Part shown: positions 1 to 6,600 of the stretch, one piece after another
How positions within the stretch are numbered: the first letter of the stretch is position 1
Layout of the letters: each line of letters begins with the position of its first letter
From: Leidyana gryllorum EB-2025a
Taxonomy: Eukaryota > Protista > Apicomplexa
Assembly (NCBI GenBank): GCA_048772705.1
Contig: JBLWGC010000069.1
Coordinates: 1 to 7,417, forward strand
DNA: 7,417 nt
Reading direction: 5' to 3'
Made by a program: the position numbers and the translations under genes
Notes under the pieces: model-generated
Database searches by the model: none
The model's input: only the letters and a program-made list of their open reading frames with translations
What the model was told of the DNA's origin: nothing

Positions 1-595
1 TGTTTGGGCTGCTATCTGTTGCTTGCGAGCCGCACGAGAGCTAAATTAAGGAGTCTGACGACCCTTACATCTCGATGGGAGGCTAGTTTGCTGTAGCGAA
101 CGAGCCAATTGAAGTTTGGGAAGTCTCATTTTTGCAAAAATCAGGCCTTCTCGTGTCTCAGAGAGCTCGAGAGAGTCGCCTATCTCCTATTCTAGCGGTG
201 AGATTTCGCCTAAAATCTGGCTGCTAACTAATCAGGCCACTACTATTCCTAAGGTAAGCGAGAGAGCTAGTCTAGAGCTCCTAATCAAATTCCTATTTCA
301 CTAAAAGTCGTTTCTGGTACCCCCTAAGAACCCCCAAAAAACCTACGGTAATGGTCGGGCTCACTCTTGCGGGTTTCGCCGACCTGCACAACTATGAGTT
401 ATTGCCTACGCTCACGTGGAAAGAAATACTGGAAGGAACAGCCAACTCTACAAACGCGGAGGAGGAGGGGTGGAGAGGGTGCGTGATTAGTGAAAAGGGT
501 GTGCGTAGCCCTAGCTAGGTGTGACACAACCCTTAGGGTTAAACACTGCTTTGGAAGAATTTTTGTTTTTGAACTGCATGCTATGATATGATCTA

Positions 596-670
596 GTGTT
601 CCGGCCGGGCTAACACGGAGACACCGGGTCGACAAACACGCACGTGTGCTTCGCACGGATTAAATTTACT
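596..670 (+). repeat. 5'-truncated, diverged third copy of the short LTR-like unit
   Basis: ccggccgggc..ggagacac..gacaaacacgcacgtgtgc..aatttac matches ccggccgggc..ggagacac..gacaagacacacgtgtgc..aattaca of 2865-2935. Lacks the TGTAA start and ends TTACT rather than TTACA. Confidence 0.6.
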
Positions 671-689
671 TCTTAGATTGAACTGCAGG

Positions 690-810
690 ATGGCTAGAGA
701 TGGACTCAGGAGCAAAGCAGGTACTGATCCAGAGCATGATCAAAGCCCTTCCGTCGACCTCCCAGGAGATCCGGCCGACAATCAACCGGTACAACTAATA
801 CCGGTCCAAC
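690..810 (+). pseudogene. Possible truncated gag N-terminus (MARDGLRSKAGTDPEHDQSP...)
   Basis: ATG ~20 nt after the LTR-like remnant, in context gaactgcaggATG (compare gaacagcaATG before gag at 2958). Low-complexity peptide. Positional inference only; no conserved domain. Confidence 0.35.
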
Positions 811-875
811 TGTCCCGTCGTTTGGGCAGAGTTGTGTTGGACGGTCCAGCAAGGGGGTGTGGGAGTTGGGTAACG

Positions 876-1190
876 CTAGATTGCTCGATTCCAGTCGAGC
901 TTGAACTGCTCAATGAGGTCATGGCCGTCCCCGTCGAGGACAACGTGAGCCGGTTCCCATGTCGCGTCGCTCTCCGGGTAACTCATCCATTTCACTAAGT
1001 ATTCGACCCCACCCGTCGGGGAGACGCGTTCGCCAAGGAGTCGTTCCATCATGAAGAGTGGGGCGGCGGCGGGCGGCGGTCGGTCGGGATCTGCAGAGGA
1101 CGGGGTGCGGTGGAACGGTTCAAGACGAGACACATGGAATTTCGGGTAGATATTCCACGCTGCTGGGCATTCTGGAGTGCGTGTCACCAC
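876..1190 (-). CDS. Integrase C-terminus with chromodomain (domain ~903-1055); a fragment, not an independent gene
   Basis: PAAWNIYPKFHVSRLEPF (end of the GPY/F module), a Pro-rich linker, then FMMERLLGER..GVEYLVKWMSYPESDATWEP..DLIEQF, a canonical chromodomain signature. Stop at 876-878. Confidence 0.92.
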   Translation of the reverse strand: MVTRTPECPAAWNIYPKFHVSRLEPFHRTPSSADPDRPPPAAAPLFMMERLLGERVSPTGGVEYLVKWMSYPESDATWEPAHVVLDGDGHDLIEQFKLDWNRAI

Positions 1191-1684
1191 TTTGTGCTGC
1201 TAGGACTGTGAGTGGTCCGAAATTCGGGAGACGAAGTTTAGTGGTCCTGGTTCGAAACGCAGAGGTCTGCGGCGTTTGTCGGCTTGCTCCTTCTGCTGTT
1301 GTGCGGCGTGATCGAGGCGATCTCTGGCCTCCTGTAGACGTTGGGAGAAAAGTTTGAAAGTGAGCGAATGCTGACTCGGAAGTACATCCCGTGGGGGTAG
1401 GAAGCCGGGGCGCCCAGTGTCTAACTCAAAAGGTGAGGCTCGCGTGGAGGCATGTCGTGCGGTATTGTATGCTATCTCGATGGTTGTTAAATGTTGGCTC
1501 CAATGATGCCCAATCCCTTCCAGCGTGCAGTAGTATAGCTCGATTGACCCGTTCGACCATCCCGTTCGTCTGAGGGTGGTAAGCGGTGGTAAGAGTCCGT
1601 TGAGCCCCCAGTTGATTCATCAAGGACCTCCACATCTGGAAGCGAAGCTAGGACAACGTCCACTTAGCGTTCAACTGGAACTCC
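1191..1684 (-). pseudogene. Integrase core to GPY/F region with multiple frameshifts and deletions
   Basis: GVPVE..SGRCPSFAS/QMWRSLMNQLGAQRTLTTAYHPQTNGMVERVNRAI, then in another frame YYCTLEGIGHHWSQHLTTIEIAYNTARHASTRASPFELDTGRP..QEARDRL..KEQADKRRRPLRFEPG, then TKLRLPNFGPLTVL. Confidence 0.9.
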
Positions 1685-1774
1685 CTGTGGGTCACCTTGC
1701 CAGGGTTGCCGCCGTTATGACGGCGAATGATCTGTTGTGAGAGCGGCATCCGAGATCTGTTCGGTTTCTAAGCG

Positions 1775-1877
1775 TGTAACCAAAAACGTGTGTTCCAAAA
1801 ATCGTGTTTGTATCTTGCGTGTCTCCGGCCGGCCGTCCGTGTGCCGGCCCGGAGACACGTCCTTATCAGGGGTTACA
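1775..1877 (-). repeat. Putative LTR, 103 bp, of a related family inserted into the integrase gene
   Basis: TGTAACC...GGTTACA 7-bp terminal inverted repeat. Minus strand reads tgtaacccct..cgtgtctccg..ggccggcc..ggagacacg..atacaaacacga..acacacg..tttttggttaca, the same motif order as 2825-2935. Followed by a 25-nt leader and an ATG at 1749-1747. Confidence 0.78.
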
Positions 1878-2312
1878 GTGTAGCTTGACGATGTTTCGAT
1901 GAAGAGAGATGCGGTCTCCTCAGCGGTGATTGTCTTGTGGCATGCGGTGAGTCTGATGCGTCGGGTAAGGCGATCTACCACAACCATGACATAGTCCTGT
2001 GTGGTGTCGGGGTCTACAGGCAGCTCGAGGAAGTCCAACCCTACGTCCTCCCATGGGAAGAGGGGACTGCGCATTTCTTCTATGTATCCCTGAGGGATCT
2101 TGTATGGCTTTCGAACGCATGGTGGTATACTGGGATCCTTCAACTGGATAATGTGGTCTATTCCCTGCCTGCTGGGTGGTACTGGAATTTCGTCCTGCAG
2201 TGTTGCGTAGAAGGGTGTTAGTATTGATTTCTCGTCCTGCGGTATGTCGATCGTTGTCAGGAGCGGGTTTATGTCCCTCTCTTCTACTGCGTCCACTGTT
2301 GAGTTTTGTGTT
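1878..2312 (-). pseudogene. PR-RT linker fused in frame to integrase core (RT, RNase H and HHCC deleted)
   Basis: PLLTTIDIP..PVPPSRQGIDHIIQLKDPSIPPCVRKPYKIPQGYIEEMR|SPLFPWEDVGLDFLELPVDPDTTQDYVMVVVDRLTRRIRLTACHKTITAEETASLF matches two regions of the large element that lie ~1.7 kb apart. Confidence 0.9.
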
Positions 2313-2824
2313 GTAGTCTCTTGTGTCTCAGCAAATGTGGCCCGACCGTTGGGCCTGCCAGTTTCGGAGTCCTCGATTGTACTCAACGGAATAGGCAGGC
2401 GGGCGGACCAAGCCCCTCGGAGTTACTACCCTCGTTCTTCACCGCCCTCTGGAGCGTGACACCACTATTAGCGCTGTGGTCATCAACAACAACTTATACG
2501 ATCTCATCTTGGCAACCCCCGAGATTGCTTCCCTAGGGCTCCACATTGCACCCAACACGACTGGGCGTTTGTGCGTTCTCAATGCCGCGGATCGATGTTA
2601 CGCCTTCCCAATCAAAATGGCCAACCCCTCCCATTTCGAGCCTCAATCTCACACCAAAGCCCCGCCAAACGAACCCCCGCAGACAACGCCGATCCCGGCC
2701 AGCGCCCAATGGTTGTGTGACTTGTACCCTGCTGTATTTAGTGATGACCCGCCGGCGCCCATCTCCAGACCCGGCATCGACCACCGCATTGTCCTCGATC
2801 CAACACTTCCAGCCTATGCAAGAC
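2313..2824 (+). pseudogene. Retropepsin C-terminal part plus PR-RT linker fragment of another family member
   Basis: VVSCVSANVARPLGLPVSESSIVLNGIG/GRTKPLGVTTLVLHR..SAVVINNNLYDLILATPEIASLGL..RLCVL..YPAVFSDDPP..RPGIDHRIVLDPTLPAYAR aligns with pol ~4160-4676. Lacks the DTG motif. One frameshift at 2393-2400. Confidence 0.85.
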
Positions 2825-2935
2825 TGTAAGCCCTCAAGCCTCGTGTCTCCGTGTCTCCGGGAGGCCGGCCGGGCATGGAGACACGGAGAATACAGACAAG
2901 ACACACGTGTGCGTTTTGATACTTTTTGAATTACA
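2825..2935 (+). repeat. Putative 5' LTR, 111 bp
   Basis: Starts TGTAA and ends TTACA (5-bp terminal inverted repeat). Begins exactly where the upstream linker fragment is cut (...PAYAR|) and ends 22 nt before the gag ATG. Shares ordered motifs with 1775-1877 (-). Its partner LTR is not in the window. Confidence 0.78.
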
Positions 2936-2957
2936 CGAATAACTACGACGAACAGCA

Positions 2958-4082
2958 ATGCACTTACGAAACCGCAGCCTAGACGCCCCCGCGCAACCCC
3001 TGAGTGCTGATTACATTGGTAGCAGTGCGTCGGCACACAGAGCCAGGCAACAACGATCGGACGAGGCTCACCGACCGGACAACGAAGATCTTTCAGAATC
3101 CACGAACGATGCACACATCAGCCCAGAGAAGCCAGTATCCCTGGGACCGATAGGCATGGCAGCCCTGGAGGCAAGCGGACTCATCCAACTTGCAGTGGCA
3201 GTAGCTCGGGAAACGATGAATAAGCCATCCAACTACGAAACGGCTCGCGCACAAGAGGTGGATAGAGCTTTTAGAGCGCTCAAAACGCACAAGACCTTCG
3301 ACGGAACACAGATGGGAAAGGCCCGTGATTGGCTGGACGGATGCGAAGCCAGATTCTTAGCAATGTCAATTACACAAGACGAATCAAAAGTACAGGCTGC
3401 GAGCGCCCAACTTACTGGAAATGCGGCACGGTGGCTGCTCAACACGCCGGATTTGATGCAGTTGCCATGGCCAGCGTTCAGAAAAACGATGGTATTGGAG
3501 TTCGACACGGCTAACACGATAGAATCCGATTTGGTGAAACTGACCAGACTCCGAAAGACCAAAGGAATGCAAGAATATGTGAACGACTTCAAGATACTGA
3601 GCCGAGGGGTACCAACATTGTTGAAGGAAGGATCGCTGACCGAACTATTTTTCAACGGCTTACCGCAGCAGGATAGAACCGCACTGGCGACGTGCATAGC
3701 CGAACCCATCGAAACAGTGTACGTCAGAGCCTTGCAATATGCCACGATCACTCAAGTGAGGGAGGAGGAGTATTGCTTGTCAACAGAGGGACAGCCGAGG
3801 AACGAGCGAGTGGGTAACATGTGCAAATTCACTCACGAGGAATGTACGCGGGATAAGAGATGCTACAATTGTGGGGCCAAGGACCACCGAGCTTGGAAAT
3901 GTTCGTATCCAAGGAATGACAAGTCCTTCAAGCGACCAATGAAGTACGAGGGAAGCAGGCAACAAGGACCGAAAACCCGCAAAGTCTTCAGCACGCTGCA
4001 TCAGGATTTTCAGGAAAGCCCGGAGCCGGTGGTGCAGACTCCAGTAGGCATCAACAACCAGAGCATCACACTCCAACAGTGA
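2958..4082 (+). CDS. gag: Retrotransposon Gag (capsid domain plus CCHC zinc knuckle), 374 aa
   Basis: Ty3-type capsid pattern TFDG..ARDWL..CEARF..LTGNAARW..WPAFRK..MQEYVNDF..LFFNGL. Cx2Cx4Hx4C knuckle CYNCGAKDHRAWKC at 3861-3902. Lies between the LTR and pol. Confidence 0.93.
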   Translation: MHLRNRSLDAPAQPLSADYIGSSASAHRARQQRSDEAHRPDNEDLSESTNDAHISPEKPVSLGPIGMAALEASGLIQLAVAVARETMNKPSNYETARAQEVDRAFRALKTHKTFDGTQMGKARDWLDGCEARFLAMSITQDESKVQAASAQLTGNAARWLLNTPDLMQLPWPAFRKTMVLEFDTANTIESDLVKLTRLRKTKGMQEYVNDFKILSRGVPTLLKEGSLTELFFNGLPQQDRTALATCIAEPIETVYVRALQYATITQVREEEYCLSTEGQPRNERVGNMCKFTHEECTRDKRCYNCGAKDHRAWKCSYPRNDKSFKRPMKYEGSRQQGPKTRKVFSTLHQDFQESPEPVVQTPVGINNQSITLQQ

Positions 4083-5403
4083 CGGCGGAATGGATACTTA
4101 GGAACCCCGACGAGCCACAGCAATCAAAGAGAGCATGTGTACTCATCGATACGGGAGCAACGGTGACTTGCATTCACCAGCAAACAGCGGACAGGCTGAA
4201 ACTGGGAGTGGAGAATAAACAAACTAGGATACGAGGATTGGAGAGAACGCAGTGTTACGACATGACAAGGGTCACCATTAGAACACCACGAGGGCAAGAA
4301 ATCACGACAGACGCAGCGATCATCCGAACCCTTGCGTATGATCTCATACTGCCAACAAACCTGATCAAGGAGTTAAAGTTGTGCATAGCATTGGACAGCA
4401 ACCAACGGCTATGCGTTATGGAAGGGCTGACCATACCCATCAAGGTCGCAGCAGAGCCAAAGGGATGGATCAAGGAGGAGCTGGAAGCTCATCTCACAGA
4501 GCAAATGGTGGAACAGAAGCCCTTGACTACAGACTTGGATATACCACTTAGATATCGCCCTTTATTGGAGCATTTCCCAAGAGTTATCGCCACAGAACCG
4601 CCCATGCCACCGAGCACACCGGGTATCGATCACACAATTGAGCTTATTGACCCAAACACAACACCATATGTACGGCAGCCGTATAGGATTCCTCAACGAT
4701 TCGTTCAAGAATTACGAAGACAGATCATGGAACTGGTACAATCAGGAAAAATCCGACTGAGCAACTCGGGATGGGCATTTCCTTGCCTTTTCGTGGCTAA
4801 GAAAGACACCAATGTCCCTCGACTGGTCTGCGACTTCAGACGATTGAACGAAGCGACCCGAAAGGCAGCCTCGCCCATCCCGTCGCCAGAAGATTCCTTA
4901 CAAACTCTGGCAGGGGCAAAATGGTTCTCAACTTTGGACCTGAAAGCAGGCTACCATCAAGTACGAATGAATGAATCGTCCACTCACCTCACGGCTTTCG
5001 CAACACCATGGGGCCTCTATGAATGGACTGTCATGCCCAACGGCTTGACTAACGCCCCAGCCACCTTCATGATGTTGATGAATCAGATCTTCGGAGACCT
5101 GATAGGAGACTACCTGTTTTTCTACTGGGACGACGTGCTCGTGTATTCACAAGACGAAGGAGCACACCTCGAACATCTCACAACGGTTCTGGAACGACTG
5201 GAAAGGAATCAATTGATAATCCACTTACGAAAGTCCCACTTCTTCAAGCAGGAAGTAACCTTCTTGGGCCACACGATCACGGAACAAGGGGTAGCCCCAA
5301 TTCCGGGACGCCTTCAGGCCCTGCAAGCGATGGAATACCCAAGCACTCTGCGGGAGACACAAAGACTATTGGGGATGGCCAACTACTATAGAAGATTCGT
5401 CCC
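4079..5403 (+). CDS. pol: Pol part 1: aspartic protease plus reverse transcriptase (track ORF 4079-5485 leaves the homologous frame at ~5404)
   Basis: Protease VLIDTGA (D at 4148). RT motifs CDFRRLN, LDLKAGYHQ, TAFATPWGLYEWTVMPNGLTNAPATF, YWDD (5123-5134), FLGH, LLGMANYYRRFVP. Confidence 0.95.
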
Positions 5404-6600
5404 AATTTTGCTGACGTCACCAGGCCACTTTACGAACTCACCCATGGGATCACCAAGCCGAAGGAGCGCGTGGCAAGAACAATAGAGGCCGACAGAGCAC
5501 TGGTACAACTCAAGCAGGCACTGGCAGAGGCACCACGACTCCAATTCCCGCCACAAACCGCCAAAGAACTAATTCTTCATACAGACGCAAGCCTTCACGC
5601 CGTAGGGACCACTCTTCAGCACGAGACCAAAGAAGGGATACAAGCGATCGAGTTCCTGTCAAAAGCATTAACACCGACCCAAACGCGATATCCAACTCAC
5701 GAAAGGGAACTCCTAGCCATAGTGACAGCTTGCAAACAATGGACGCACCTCCTGATAGGACGGAAGGTCATTGTACGAAGTGACCACAAACCACTTACAC
5801 ACTTGATGACACAAAGCCATCTCTCAGACCGCCAGGTCAGATGGTTGGTACGCTTGGCGGAGTTGGACCTACAAATAGAATATATAGCCGGAACACAGAA
5901 CATAATAGCAGACTTACTGAGTAGGCCACGCCAATCAACGGAAGCGAGACTCGAGCGAGAACAGGCAAAAATTTTGAGAGAAAATCCGGACAAAGGACAA
6001 ACCGGAATCAAATACCTCCGAAAAAATGTTGAGGAAAATGAATGTTGCTCCATCGAACACCACCCAACAGAAACGTCGGAACCCAATGAACTTTGCAACT
6101 TGGAGGATGAACTACGAAATAGCTGGCAGCACCGGAGAGCTGACGCGGGCAAAGAGACCCCGGTGCAGTGGATATCCGACTTACCGGTTACAGACGATGG
6201 AACCATAGAGGTACCAGTGGACCCACGCATTATCGAACGAATAATACGCGACAATCACGACAGCACGCTTGCTGGACACTTGGCGGCAGACAAAACTATC
6301 GGGCGAATCCGAGCGTTATTCACATGGCGAGGGCTTGCCGCAGACGTCGTTCAATATTGCAGAGCATGTTCAGTATGTCAAAAGGCTAAGGGACGAGGCC
6401 ACAGGCCTAACGGACTGCTTCATACTATCAGCAACCCTACCTTACCGTGGACAGAAGTAGATCTTGATTTTCTGGAATTACCGCAGGACACGAGCACGGC
6501 TAATAACTACCTTATGGTAGTAGTTGACCGATCAAGTCGAAGAGTACGGTTGATCACATGCCAGAAGACAATAACCGCAGAACAGACGGCACAGTTATTC
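5404..6600 (+). pseudogene. pol: Pol part 2: RT connection, RNase H, integrase HHCC and start of the core (frame of track ORF 5470-6720)
   Basis: After a 1-nt loss at ~5401-5405 the frame reads NFADVTRPLYEL. RNase H TDAS (D 5584), ERELLAI, SDHKPL, ADLLSR (D 5911). HDSTLAGH...CSVC at 6256-6378. First catalytic Asp in LDFLELP (6466). Confidence 0.93.

Larger units (their letters stand above)
811..2312 (-). mobile_element. Decayed chromovirus element: PR-RT linker, integrase, GPY/F motif, chromodomain, 3' UTR; internally deleted and interrupted at 1685-1877
   Basis: Minus-strand translations are collinear with pol of the 2825-7125 element. Boundaries (~811, ~2312) are approximate, set from loss of homology and strand-composition switches. 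No LTR of its own is visible. Confidence 0.85.

Noticed and set aside
180-350. RIP-like TpA enrichment
   Set aside because: Adjacent retroelements retain abundant CpA and long stop-free frames, which is inconsistent with RIP acting here; no indices were computed.
351-518. 55-aa ORF MVGLTLAGFADLHNYELLPTLTWKEILEG...
   Set aside because: No recognisable motif, and the length is within chance expectation.
851-870. aagggggTGT as a polypurine tract plus 3' LTR start on the + strand
   Set aside because: No LTR motifs follow. It is the complement of the C/A-rich 3' UTR just after the minus-strand chromodomain stop.
678-998. 106-aa plus-strand ORF as an intact gene
   Set aside because: Beyond ~810 it is antisense to the 3' UTR and chromodomain of the minus element, so it crosses a fragment junction.
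596-1877. One element bounded by inverted LTR-like repeats (596-670 + and 1775-1877 -)
   Set aside because: The two units are too diverged to be a pair, and the 1775-1877 unit is a nested insertion inside an integrase that continues beyond it.
1715-2386. 223-aa minus-strand ORF as a real gene
   Set aside because: It is a chance chimera: antisense of the + protease fragment (2386-~2313), PR-RT linker, integrase core, then read-through of the inserted LTR and leader.
3773-3860. Extra Cys/His residues (YC..MCKFTHEEC) as a second zinc finger in Gag
   Set aside because: The spacing fits no Cx2Cx4Hx4C pattern, and these could be point substitutions in an Arg/Glu-rich helix.
4079-5485. Prokaryotic RT system (retron, DGR, group II intron) or CRISPR-linked RT
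   Set aside because: The Gag-PR-RT-RH-IN order, chromodomain relative and LTR-like ends are diagnostic of eukaryotic Ty3/Gypsy; no repeat-spacer array or template/variable repeat pair is present.
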